A stretch of DNA of 64,000 nt from an archaeon (GTDB lineage Archaea > Iainarchaeota > Iainarchaeia > Iainarchaeales > Iainarchaeaceae): assembly GCA_038046625.1 (NCBI GenBank), contig JBBSVV010000003.1, forward strand, positions 4,017 through 68,016, read 5' to 3'. Both the position numbers and the translations under genes were made by a program. Below, piece after piece: positions 1 through 8,191 of the stretch (its first letter is position 1; every line of letters starts with the position of its first letter). Under the pieces are notes generated by a model. The model worked only from the letters and a program-made list of their open reading frames with translations, ran no database searches and was not told the origin of the DNA.

Positions 1-95
1 GCCGGGGCTCTCGAACCTTTGGTTGAAATCAGCCCGCCTCTTGAAATTTGCGGGGGATGCAACCGCGAATGGTTATTCTGCGAACCAAGCAGAAT

Positions 96-167
96 GCAGC
101 TGCCGGGATTCGAACCCGGGCCAACAGCTTGGAAGGCTGTGATGCAAAACCGCTACACTACAGCTGC
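96..167 (-). tRNA. tRNA-Gly (anticodon TCC), 72 nt, no encoded CCA
   Basis: Reverse complement reads GCAGCTG-TAGTGTAGCGGTTTTGCATCA-CAGCC-TTCCAAG-CTGTT-...GGGTTCGAATCCCGG-CAGCTGC. It has a 7-bp acceptor stem, a GGTTCGAATCC T-arm and TCC in the anticodon loop. Confidence 0.8.
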
Positions 168-1049
168 TTTAAGGAAATCAGCATGGGTCGGAACTATTCC
201 CGTTTCCTTAAAAATCCTGTATTTTATTGAATGCTTAATATTGCTGGGTTTAATTAGTTTAAAAAAAGTATCCACGTGAGCCTGATCGTAGATATAAACG
301 CTTTTTCCGGATAAGCTTGCCTTAAATCCCAGTGAAACCAATGCGCACTTTACCTCATAGAGGAAATTTGGCGAACAGCTGATAAATTCGACTACCGCAC
401 TATTTTTTCTTCTTCTATGAAAACTTCCGTCAGTGTCGAATAAGCCCCTCAAATATGCTGCAAGAAGATTTCTGTCGTTGAGGATTTTCCTTTGGATAAA
501 CATCCTGTTTTTTCTGTTTCCTTTCGGAAACCCAAACTCTTCAGAAAGATATGAAACAAGCCGCTTTGAATAAACCTGGCAGCGTATTGCCCCGTTTTTA
601 ACGATAAAAGTCGGCTCCAGTCCGAATAGTTTTTCAAACTTTTTTCCAATGCTGTTTTTCACATACGCATTATCTACAATTGCTCCGCATGTAATTGATA
701 CCCTGTAATTTTTTTCGTAAATATTTCCGTCGCCTGACATGGCGCCAAGGAATTCCGCAAGCTCTTTGCCTAGTTTCGGTTTTCGGATTTCTTTTTCCCC
801 AAACTGGTCAAGTTCTATTAATTGCAATTTTTCAATTTCTTTTAAATCGAATCCTGTTTCTTTGCAGAGTGTTTTCAAATTGCTTAAAGATATCCTGCAA
901 TTTTCTTTTAAGTAGTGGAAAATCATTCTTTTTGTAACGCCGATTATATCTGCAATTTTTTGCCAGCCAAGCCCGGAGTGCTCTTTTATCTTTCTGAGAA
1001 CTGCCGCCTGATGCCAAAGGCCAGTCTGCACAAATAGTTCTTTTGCCAT
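153..1049 (-). CDS. Free-standing LAGLIDADG-type homing endonuclease-like protein with an N-terminal HTH; its 3' end overlaps the 5' end of tRNA-Gly
   Basis: Two LAGLIDADG-like motifs (LAEFLGAMSGDGNI and LAAYLRGLFDTDGSF) plus an N-terminal HTH-like segment (GWQKIADIIGVTKRMIFHYL). The last ~15 nt overlap the tRNA at 96-167. Confidence 0.6.
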   Translation of the reverse strand: MAKELFVQTGLWHQAAVLRKIKEHSGLGWQKIADIIGVTKRMIFHYLKENCRISLSNLKTLCKETGFDLKEIEKLQLIELDQFGEKEIRKPKLGKELAEFLGAMSGDGNIYEKNYRVSITCGAIVDNAYVKNSIGKKFEKLFGLEPTFIVKNGAIRCQVYSKRLVSYLSEEFGFPKGNRKNRMFIQRKILNDRNLLAAYLRGLFDTDGSFHRRRKNSAVVEFISCSPNFLYEVKCALVSLGFKASLSGKSVYIYDQAHVDTFFKLIKPSNIKHSIKYRIFKETGIVPTHADFLKAAVV

Positions 1050-1146
1050 TAAAATTTTGCGATTTTTGAATTTTTAAAGCATTCGGGGCCTTAGTGCCGG
1101 TGCCAAACAGTTATCGATTAAAACGAACACCATACTTTATTTATTC

Positions 1147-1797
1147 ATGGGGAAAGGCATGTTCGTTGTTTTTGACGGCGTTGACGGCGCGGGAAAGGGA
1201 ACCGCAGTGAAAGGCGCTAAGAAGTTCCTTCTCTCTAAGGGGATTCCTGAATCTTGGATCGTCCATACTGCGGAGCCCACGAACGGATTTTACGGGAAAA
1301 AGGTTCGCGAGTTGCTTGTTTCTTCCCCGAAGCCTGAATTGAATGCGAAGCAGTTCCTGGATTTGTACGTTGCGGACAGGAAGGAGCATCTTGAAAAAAT
1401 TATTGAGCCGGCTTTGCGTGAGGGAAAAATCGTTTTGTGCGACCGCTTCAAGCACAGCACTTTCGTTTACCAGCATTTGCAGGGGATTCCGCTTGAAAAA
1501 ATCCGCGAACTGCATGAGGGAATGGCCACTCCTGATCTGGTTTTCATTCTGGACCTTCCGGTTGAGGTTGCGATGAAGAGGATACTGCGCAGAAAAAAGC
1601 TGGACACTTTCGAGCGGGCTGCTTTCATGGAAAAAGTGCGTGCAGGCTTCCTCAAGATGAAAGAAATTTTTCCGCGTGAGGACATAGTGTTCATTGACGC
1701 GTCGAAAAGCATTGGTGAAGTGAGGGCAAAAATAGGTTCGGTTCTTTGGAATAAAGTCAGGGAAAATGCGACCACCGGGAATCGAACCCGGCCCTGA
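1147..1797 (+). CDS. tmk: Thymidylate kinase (dTMP kinase)
   Basis: P-loop FVVFDGVDGAGKGT, DRF motif (LCDRFKHS), size ~216 aa. The ORF's 3' end runs into the minus-strand tRNA-Gly(GCC). Confidence 0.8.
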   Translation: MGKGMFVVFDGVDGAGKGTAVKGAKKFLLSKGIPESWIVHTAEPTNGFYGKKVRELLVSSPKPELNAKQFLDLYVADRKEHLEKIIEPALREGKIVLCDRFKHSTFVYQHLQGIPLEKIRELHEGMATPDLVFILDLPVEVAMKRILRRKKLDTFERAAFMEKVRAGFLKMKEIFPREDIVFIDASKSIGEVRAKIGSVLWNKVRENATTGNRTRP

Positions 1798-1837
1798 GCC
1801 TTGGCAAGGCCCAATCATACCAATAGACTATGGTCGC
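1767..1837 (-). tRNA. tRNA-Gly (anticodon GCC)
   Basis: Reverse complement reads GCGACCA-TA-GTCTATTGGTATGAT-TGGGCC-TTGCCAA-GGCTC-AGG-GCCGGGTTCGATTCCCGGT-GGTCGC-A. Canonical T-arm, GCC in the anticodon loop. Confidence 0.8.
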
Positions 1838-1842
1838 ACAAC

Positions 1843-1873
1843 CTTTTTTCTTTTCCCGGAGAAAAGAAAAAAG
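1843..1873. promoter_or_regulatory. Perfect palindrome CTTTTTTCTTTTC-ccgga-GAAAAGAAAAAAG immediately 5' of tRNA-Gly(GCC); candidate bidirectional promoter/oligo-T terminator element
   Basis: 12-13 bp inverted repeat seen directly. The same motif recurs at 3729, 3851, 3961, 22996 and 32538. Confidence 0.5.
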
Positions 1874-1961
1874 CTTGGCCAAAAAAGAAAAGCCATTCTT
1901 TGCCAAAAGAAAAGAACCCTAAGCCTAACAGATTTTTCCGTGGCGAAATCTTTTAAATTGC

Positions 1962-3683
1962 TCATTTCAACTGGCTAAGTATAACTGCTATTAAAGCCCC
2001 AAAAACCAGTATTCCAAGGCCTAAAACCCCTAGCAGGATATTTTGGCCGGTGAAAAGCTCCTGGATTTGCCCCTGCAAAGCCGGCTGTTGCGATTCGGGC
2101 TGCACCTCTTTTGCCTCGAGGGGCTGTTCCTGCACGGGCTTTTCCGGCACGATTATTTCGAATTCCCTTTCGACGCCGGCATTCACATTTACAGTCACTT
2201 TTCCGGGCTGAATGTTCTCTATTTTTTGCGTGAAGAGCTTTTGTGCTGATGCCTCAATGTTCACATTGCTCTTTGTTTCCTTTCCCAAGTAAATTACAGT
2301 TATTGTGGCTTCCCCTTCTGCATTGCCGTTGTTTTTAAGCAGAACCCTGAGTTCCAAATTGCTTCCATCAATGAACGGGCTCACGTCCTTGACGCTTATG
2401 TCGGCCGCTTTCTGTTCCGCGCCTTTCTTCTTCACGAGCTTTATTGTGCCGCTCATGTTTCCGTCCGGAAGAAGCAGGTACATTCCGTATGTGTAGTAGC
2501 CGTTCTTTGCCTCCTTGTCAGGCGCCTTCACTTTCCACGAAACCTCCTTTGTTTCCCGTGCTTTGAGGAAAATTATTTTGTTTTTTTGGTCCGCGCGGAA
2601 ATCCTCGTGCAGCGCAAGCTCCACCGGAAGTATCGCGTCCTCTCCCGAAACATTGGTTAATTGTGCCTTGATTTCAAAGCTTTCAAGCGGTTCAACTTCG
2701 GAGGGCTTTTCGAGCTTCGCGTCAAGCAGGCGCGTGAAGAACTCAACCGAATTTATTTTTATTTTCGGCTCCCCGAGCTGTGTCTGCACCTGAATCGCTT
2801 TCGCGCTTTTCGTGCTCAGGATTAAGTCCGCGGCTTTGTTCGCGTCGATTGTTTTTGCTATGGTGAAGTGCGCCGCGTCAAGGTATCCGGCCTCGCCATA
2901 AGTGCTGTCAACCCCTATCCAGCCGGTTCCCGGCAAATACGCCTCGAGCCAGCCATGAAGCCCAAAGCGCGTGCCGTCAAAGCTTATCCCCTTCACGTAT
3001 CTTGCGGGAATTCCTTTTGCGCGCAAAAATGCGGCGGTAAGGTTCGCGAACTCATCGCAGACGCCCGCGCGCGAATTGTATGTTTGTTTCGCGCTGTATG
3101 TGGCGCTGTAGTAGTTCTCGAAATCGTACGCAATGTTCTGGTTCACCCACTCGGTTATTCCGCGTATGGTTTCTATTTCAGAGTCGCTCGTGAATTCGAG
3201 CCGCGCCTTGCTCATTATTTCAGGGTCGCTTGATTCAATGTAATCGCTCGGCTTCTTATACTCCGGGAATTCCTTTATCGGGTTGGTTAGGTTGTAGTCT
3301 TCCCCAAGGCCGATTGCAGCGCTCCTCCTGACCCGCGCCTCCCTAATGATTTTGAATTGAGGTGCTTCCGCATACTCATGCAAATCATTTATTTTGTACA
3401 CCGCGTACTGCACCCCGTTTTTTTCTCCCCGTATCGGGAGAATTTTGTTCCCGCCTATTTCCATGTGCTCGTTCAGTTCAAGGAGCTCCTGGCCCTGTTC
3501 CTGCTGCATTGTGATGAACATTATTTCCATTTCGTCGCCTCTCGTTATTGTTCCGGAAAACGAGCCAGTTGCCTCTGAGGTTATGGTTACGTCCATGCTT
3601 TTCACGGTCGAGGGCCTGAATTCCTGCGCCGAAGCTGTTGAAAGCGCAAGAATAAACAGCAGCGCAAAAGCAATTTTTTTCAT
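1962..3683 (-). CDS. Secreted, C-terminally membrane-anchored transglutaminase-like cysteine protease domain protein
   Basis: N-terminal signal peptide (MKKIAFALLFILALSTASA) and C-terminal TM helix. Transglutaminase-like Cys/His/Asp core (GVCDEFANLTAAFLRAKGIP ... HGWLEAY ... GVDSTYG). Confidence 0.55.
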   Translation of the reverse strand: MKKIAFALLFILALSTASAQEFRPSTVKSMDVTITSEATGSFSGTITRGDEMEIMFITMQQEQGQELLELNEHMEIGGNKILPIRGEKNGVQYAVYKINDLHEYAEAPQFKIIREARVRRSAAIGLGEDYNLTNPIKEFPEYKKPSDYIESSDPEIMSKARLEFTSDSEIETIRGITEWVNQNIAYDFENYYSATYSAKQTYNSRAGVCDEFANLTAAFLRAKGIPARYVKGISFDGTRFGLHGWLEAYLPGTGWIGVDSTYGEAGYLDAAHFTIAKTIDANKAADLILSTKSAKAIQVQTQLGEPKIKINSVEFFTRLLDAKLEKPSEVEPLESFEIKAQLTNVSGEDAILPVELALHEDFRADQKNKIIFLKARETKEVSWKVKAPDKEAKNGYYTYGMYLLLPDGNMSGTIKLVKKKGAEQKAADISVKDVSPFIDGSNLELRVLLKNNGNAEGEATITVIYLGKETKSNVNIEASAQKLFTQKIENIQPGKVTVNVNAGVEREFEIIVPEKPVQEQPLEAKEVQPESQQPALQGQIQELFTGQNILLGVLGLGILVFGALIAVILSQLK

Positions 3684-3728
3684 GCACAGAAATAGTGTTT
3701 CTTTATTTTAATTGCTTGTGCTGCAGCC

Positions 3729-3759
3729 TTTTTTTTCTCTTTGGAAGAGAAAAGAAAAC
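3729..3759. promoter_or_regulatory. TTTTTTTTCTCTT-tggaa-GAGAAAAGAAAA palindrome (family member)
   Basis: Inverted repeat seen directly, between the transglutaminase-like gene and tRNA-Val. Confidence 0.4.
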
Positions 3760-3850
3760 TTTGGCGAAAGAAAAGAGAAACCGGTTTTGACACTTTTCTT
3801 TGGTACAGCTTTTCAATGGCCTTTTCCTGCACTTTTCTTTTTAGCACGGA

Positions 3851-3880
3851 TTTTTCTTTTCGTGCAACGAAAAGAAAAAA
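3851..3880. promoter_or_regulatory. TTTTTCTTTTCG-tgcaa-CGAAAAGAAAAAA palindrome abutting the 3' end of tRNA-Val
   Basis: Perfect 12-bp inverted repeat 4 nt from the tRNA 3' end. Confidence 0.5.
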
Positions 3881-3883
3881 GTG

Positions 3884-3956
3884 TGGGCCCGGCAGGAATC
3901 GAACCTGCGATTTCTTCGATGTAAACGAAGCGTCCTAACCGCTAGACCACGAGCCC
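3884..3956 (-). tRNA. tRNA-Val (anticodon TAC)
   Basis: Reverse complement reads GGGCTCG-TG-GTCTAGCGGTTAGGAC-GCTTCG-TTTACAT-CGAAG-AAATC-GCAGGTTCGATTCCTGC-CGGGCCC-A. Confidence 0.8.
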
Positions 3957-3960
3957 AACC

Positions 3961-3988
3961 TTTTTTCTTTTCTTGCGAAAAGAAAAAA
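3961..3988. promoter_or_regulatory. TTTTTTCTTTTC-ttgc-GAAAAGAAAAAA palindrome immediately 5' of tRNA-Val
   Basis: Perfect 12-bp inverted repeat with a 4-nt spacer, 5 nt from the tRNA 5' end. Confidence 0.5.
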
Positions 3989-4105
3989 CGTTGACGAAAA
4001 AAGAAAAGGCAAGTCCTGTTGCTGGAACAGCGTAGAATGAAGTGCCCTGATAGGGTTAAAAAAGTTGGCTAAAAAGGGAAAAAAGGCTTCTGAAGCAGAA
4101 GCCGT

Positions 4106-4396
4106 TTACTTTGTTTCTATTATTATTCCGCCGACCATTCCCGCGAATACATTGTACAGGAATGCGCTTAGTGCGCCGCCTATGAATCCTAATACTCCGT
4201 AAATTATCGGAAGTATTATTATTGACAGTACTCCGCCAAAGAGGCCTCCCGTAATTCCTGCCCCGTTTCCGCCTGCTATTGCCCCGAGCACAAGCGATAA
4301 TACCGTTAAGAGTGCCCCGAATATCAGGCCGATTACTGCGTATGTCACTCCCATGATTTTTGCCATGGACATGACGCCTATTTTCCTGATTTCCAA
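4106..4396 (-). CDS. Small glycine-rich integral membrane protein (hypothetical)
   Basis: 96-aa ORF, almost entirely hydrophobic and Gly-rich with 2-3 predicted TM helices. Coding status rests on ORF length only. Confidence 0.35.
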   Translation of the reverse strand: MEIRKIGVMSMAKIMGVTYAVIGLIFGALLTVLSLVLGAIAGGNGAGITGGLFGGVLSIIILPIIYGVLGFIGGALSAFLYNVFAGMVGGIIIETK

Positions 4397-4493
4397 AAGA
4401 AATCACCTCGCACACACATTGCGTTGCTCCGTATAAATTACTTTCATTTTTTGGCGCTTTACGGAAGCCTTATATATGATTTAATTGTATTAA

Positions 4494-4946
4494 TTGTTGA
4501 TTTCCATGCGCAAAATAATGTATTTCAGGGTTGCTGGGCGCGACGTGCACCTGCCAAAGCTCATAGGCGCATTCATTCTTTTTGCTTCATTGCTCATGTT
4601 TGTGCAGTCTTCCGCGCAAATGTTTGATTCCTGGGACAACCTCAAGCATTATGATTCATGCATACTGAAAATCAATTCGAACGCTTCGCTTGATGGCCAG
4701 CGCGCCGAATTCAATTCGTGCTCCGACACGCTTTACAGGGCAACCGGCATTGTTGTGCGTGAGGATGTGCCAAAGCTTACTGCGCGCCAGTTCTGGAGCG
4801 GCTTATTGGGTTCCATAGCTAGCCTCTTGTTCTGGCTTGCGATACTGTTTGTGGGCTACGTGCTTTACAGGAGCGGCGACCTCGTCATTCCGATTGAGGA
4901 AAGAATAGTCACCGAACCTGAGCACCAAAGAAAAAGAAGGAAATAA
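4494..4946 (+). CDS. Hypothetical membrane/secreted protein
   Basis: 150-aa ORF with an N-terminal hydrophobic segment and a second TM near the C-terminus. No recognisable domain. Confidence 0.4.
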   Translation: MLISMRKIMYFRVAGRDVHLPKLIGAFILFASLLMFVQSSAQMFDSWDNLKHYDSCILKINSNASLDGQRAEFNSCSDTLYRATGIVVREDVPKLTARQFWSGLLGSIASLLFWLAILFVGYVLYRSGDLVIPIEERIVTEPEHQRKRRK

Positions 4947-4952
4947 GGACAG

Positions 4953-6329
4953 TTACAATGTAACTGCCTTGACTTTTCCGTTTTCCTCTATTTTTCCCTT
5001 TCTTACTCCTACAACGTATTTTGCGCCGGCTTTTTCGGCCGCGTCGAAGAGCCTCTTGGTTATTACTCCGTCAAAGATTATTGAGTGGGCGTTCTTTATT
5101 TTCGCCATTTCCTCGACAAGGTTTTTTACCTCGACTTCCTTGACTTGTTTGTTCTTGTCGTCGAGAATTCTTGCCTTCATTGTTCCCTTGAGCTCGTCAA
5201 GTATGGGCCTGTAAACCGACTCTTCGTTCTGTGAGAGCGCTGGCCTTGCGGGGAATTCCTGTATAGGTTCCCTGGGCGCAATTGTTTCGCGCGGCACGAA
5301 TTCCCTTCTTTCGCGCCTGTCAGGCCTCATGCCGTTGTCGCGGTTGCCCCACCTGCTTGTTGGCCGTGGGTCCCTGTCTCCGTGATCGCGCATCCCTCCC
5401 CCGAAGCTTCTTTGGCCGAAGCTTCTTTCCCTGAAGCCGCGTTCGCGGAACGGCCTTTCCTGGAATGTCCTTTCGCGGAATTCCCCTCCTCCGGGAAATT
5501 TCCTTTCCGAGAGCTCTTCCTCCGCGGGAACCCTTTTTTTGAGGCTCTGGAGAATTTCTTTTCTCGTGAGTTCCTCGACTTCTTTTCCATCGGGCGCTTT
5601 TGCAATGTATGCTATGCGCGCGAGCTGTGCGAGTTTCCTCGCGTTCAGGATCCCTCCTCGGTCGCCGTCAACGAATGCGGTTATGCTTTTCTTTTTTCCG
5701 AGTTCGCTTATTGTGCTTGAGATGTTGGAGCCGTTCATTCCTATTACGTTCTTTATCTGGTTCCTCAGCATGTTCAAAACATCTGCGCGGCCTTCAACAA
5801 CAATTATTTCTTCGCTTATTTCTATGTCGGGGCCCGCGGGCAGTTTGTCCGGGCCGTACTCGGTTATTTCGGCTGCGCGGACGTTTTCGCGTATCTCGTC
5901 CCTCAGGGTTTGTGTTTCGGGGCTTGATTTGTCCATCATTTTTTTGAGCAGTTCTTTTGCGCGGTCCTTTATTTCCTGCCTTTTCGAGGTTCTCGTATCA
6001 TCAATGTCATCTATCTCGAACTTTGCCTGGCAGGGCCCAACCTTGTCCACGCTTTCAATGCTTGCCGCGAGCAGGCTCGTTTCCGCCATGTCCATTGAGC
6101 TCGGCACCAAAACCTCGCCCTTTGTTCTTCCCATTGCGGTTGTGTGGTTTATTTCTATGCGCCCGATTTTTCCGTTCTTCTGGAGCTCCTTCAAATCCAT
6201 TTCGTCTCCCAAGAGGCCTTCGCTTTGCCCGAAAATCGCGCCAATAATATCCGGCTTGTCAACTATGCCGTCTATTTCGAATTTCATTTTTATCATGTAT
6301 TTGACCGTGTTTATGTAGGTCTTCGCCAT
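4953..6329 (-). CDS. dnaG: Archaeal DnaG-like primase (Toprim domain) with an Arg/Glu/Phe-rich repeat insertion near the C-terminus
   Basis: N-terminus MAKTYINTVKYMIKMKFEIDGIVDKPDIIGAIFGQSEGLLG matches the archaeal DnaG N-terminal signature. Toprim block EIIVVEGRADVLNML...ITAFVDGDRGG. The ORF track begins 57 codons further upstream (6500); the start was chosen at MAKTYIN. Confidence 0.75.
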   Translation of the reverse strand: MAKTYINTVKYMIKMKFEIDGIVDKPDIIGAIFGQSEGLLGDEMDLKELQKNGKIGRIEINHTTAMGRTKGEVLVPSSMDMAETSLLAASIESVDKVGPCQAKFEIDDIDDTRTSKRQEIKDRAKELLKKMMDKSSPETQTLRDEIRENVRAAEITEYGPDKLPAGPDIEISEEIIVVEGRADVLNMLRNQIKNVIGMNGSNISSTISELGKKKSITAFVDGDRGGILNARKLAQLARIAYIAKAPDGKEVEELTRKEILQSLKKRVPAEEELSERKFPGGGEFRERTFQERPFRERGFRERSFGQRSFGGGMRDHGDRDPRPTSRWGNRDNGMRPDRRERREFVPRETIAPREPIQEFPARPALSQNEESVYRPILDELKGTMKARILDDKNKQVKEVEVKNLVEEMAKIKNAHSIIFDGVITKRLFDAAEKAGAKYVVGVRKGKIEENGKVKAVTL

Positions 6330-6378
6330 TTTCCAATCAACTCCTTTTCCATGGCTATTTTGTTTTTTTTCGCGAGAA

Positions 6379-6693
6379 TTAGTTTTTCGGAAGCTTTTCT
6401 CTTTTGAGGAACTTGAGAACAAGGTTTTTTTCCGCTCCTTTGAGGAGCAGTTTTTTCCTTCGGCTTTTTTCGCCGCTTTTAATTTCAACTCCGCATCCAA
6501 GCCTTTTTTTGAGCTCTTTCACGAGCCCTTTGTTGGCTTGGCCTTTGAGTGCCTTTTCCTTAACCTTGATTCTCAATGCGTTCGTCCAGGGGTTAAAGCC
6601 CAGAATTGCGAACTGTTTTGAATTCGGAATCACTTCCAATTCAATTTCAACATCATTGTTTTCTGCAACTGATTTAAGGTTCGTCAAAACCAA
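6379..6693 (-). CDS. Small basic protein, possible DUF167/YggU-like
   Basis: 104 aa, K-rich, weak resemblance to the UPF0235 family. Low specificity. Confidence 0.35.
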   Translation of the reverse strand: MVLTNLKSVAENNDVEIELEVIPNSKQFAILGFNPWTNALRIKVKEKALKGQANKGLVKELKKRLGCGVEIKSGEKSRRKKLLLKGAEKNLVLKFLKREKLPKN

Positions 6694-6871
6694 TTAAACC
6701 TCAAATTCCCCAAAAGGACTCGGGCTTCCAAAGCCGCCAATCCTCATAGCAAAACAATAAACTATATACATAAAGCTCGGTTATGGGTATATTAATGTTA
6801 GGGTTCCGTTTGCCCCTTGGTGCTTTGGCACGGATTATATATTCCTCCCAGCCCCTTTTTATTGTACACAC

Positions 6872-7276
6872 ATGGCTCACTACAACAAGGGCGCTTCGGC
6901 GGAGCGCGAGCTCATAAAGCTTCTCTGGAATCTTGGTTTCGTGGCTGCGCGGGTCGCGGGTTCCGGAAAGAACGCCTTGCCCATGCCTGATTTAATCGCC
7001 TTGGGGAAAGGAAAGAGCTTCATTTTTGAGTGCAAGGCATGGCGCGGGAACTATTTGAACATTTCCGCGGAGCAGATGGCCGAGCTCCAAAAATGGGGCG
7101 AGGTTTCCGGTGCACAGGCTTTCATCGGCTGGAAGTACCCGAACAAGGGCTGGTTTTTCGTGAAGCCGGAGCACTTCAGGAAGAGCAAGCATTACAACAT
7201 TTCGATTGCGACAACAATGAAGGTCGGCATTCCATTGGAAGTTGTTGTGGGCGAGCAGCGGCAATTAAAGGTTTAA
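6872..7276 (+). CDS. hjc: Holliday junction resolvase Hjc
   Basis: 134 aa. GASAERELIKLLWNLGFVAARVAGSG...PDLIAL...FIFECKA matches the Hjc catalytic E/D/E-x-K arrangement and size. Confidence 0.75.
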   Translation: MAHYNKGASAERELIKLLWNLGFVAARVAGSGKNALPMPDLIALGKGKSFIFECKAWRGNYLNISAEQMAELQKWGEVSGAQAFIGWKYPNKGWFFVKPEHFRKSKHYNISIATTMKVGIPLEVVVGEQRQLKV

Positions 7277-7446
7277 AAAGCCGTCATTGCTTATTTCTTT
7301 TATGATTGAGCTTGCCCTGGTTTTGCAGGAGCTTGAGAAGCTTTATGCGAAGGAGAAGAGCCTGCGCAAAAAGAATTTCCTTGAAAGCGCGATAACGAAC
7401 ATTAAGGAGTATGAGAAACTTCTCTGATTTTTAGGAATTTCCGCGC

Positions 7447-8100
7447 TTAAATCACGGTTGCCACGAACAACATCGTCACTGAAATCAGCCCCATGATGAC
7501 CATGAGTATGAGGTTGTCTATTGTGAGTGCCTTGTCGAAGTTCTGGTAAAAGAAGTATAGTACTCCCAGGCCGAACACCAGTCCAAGTATCCACATTGCG
7601 TTGCTGATGAGCCCGTTTCTTCCGCCGACTCCTTTCATGTGTGCCTCGTCCATGTCCACCTGCACCTGCCTTACTGCCTCGCCGAGCTCGTTCAGTTTCA
7701 CCTTCACCCGTTCGTTGAGGTCATTCACTTTCGCTATGTTGTCGCCGATTTGTTCCTGAAAGGTTTTGCTTTGCCCCGTAATGTCCCGCTCGTATTGCTT
7801 CAAATCGCTTATCACTGCCTTTGTGAGTTCTGTTCTGGATTCATGTGCGCTTGTTACGGCTTCCTCCTCAATGAATTTTTTGAGCGTGGGTTTTTGCGTT
7901 TCCAATTCGGCCTGCACGATTTTTTTTATTTCGCCGCGCAGCAATGCAAAAGTGTCCGCCTGTCCGAGAAGCAAAAGCCTTTTTGCCTTGTCCTGTGAAA
8001 CCCCGAGGTCTTTCAGGGTTTGCACTATTTTTTCTTCGCTTTCGCCTTCGCGAACCATTTTCTCTATTATCTCTATTATGCTTGTGTCCGTTTTCGCCAT
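7447..8100 (-). CDS. Coiled-coil protein with a C-terminal membrane anchor (hypothetical)
   Basis: Start chosen at MAKTDTSII. Long charged heptad-like region, then two TM helices at the C-terminus. Confidence 0.45.
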   Translation of the reverse strand: MAKTDTSIIEIIEKMVREGESEEKIVQTLKDLGVSQDKAKRLLLLGQADTFALLRGEIKKIVQAELETQKPTLKKFIEEEAVTSAHESRTELTKAVISDLKQYERDITGQSKTFQEQIGDNIAKVNDLNERVKVKLNELGEAVRQVQVDMDEAHMKGVGGRNGLISNAMWILGLVFGLGVLYFFYQNFDKALTIDNLILMVIMGLISVTMLFVATVI

Positions 8101-8191
8101 TTTTACTGCACCTCGCCGTTTTCGACCGGCGGTACCGATTGCCCCGCCTTCGGCGGGACTTGGCTCGCTTTGCTCGCAATATAGTTGCTCA

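Noticed and set aside
1-95. Possible additional tRNA or tRNA remnant at the window start (minus strand, GGTTCGAGAGCC T-arm-like)
   Set aside because: It is truncated by the window edge and the T-loop and stems are non-canonical. Only mentioned inside the tRNA-Gly finding.
5380-5480. Tandem DNA repeats inside dnaG as a CRISPR-like or minisatellite feature
   Set aside because: They are in frame, encode the FRER/RG protein repeats, and have no spacer structure. No CRISPR array was seen anywhere in the window.
5539-6318. 259-aa plus-strand ORF, and 5600-5947 and 5957-6247
   Set aside because: Antisense to dnaG, which carries clear N-terminal and Toprim signatures. The translations are low-complexity S/F/L-rich.
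7302-7427. 41-aa plus-strand ORF (MIELALVLQELEKLYAKEKSLRKKNFLESAITNIKEYEKLL) downstream of hjc
   Set aside because: It is plausibly a small coiled-coil protein, but it is too short and featureless to call without conservation data.
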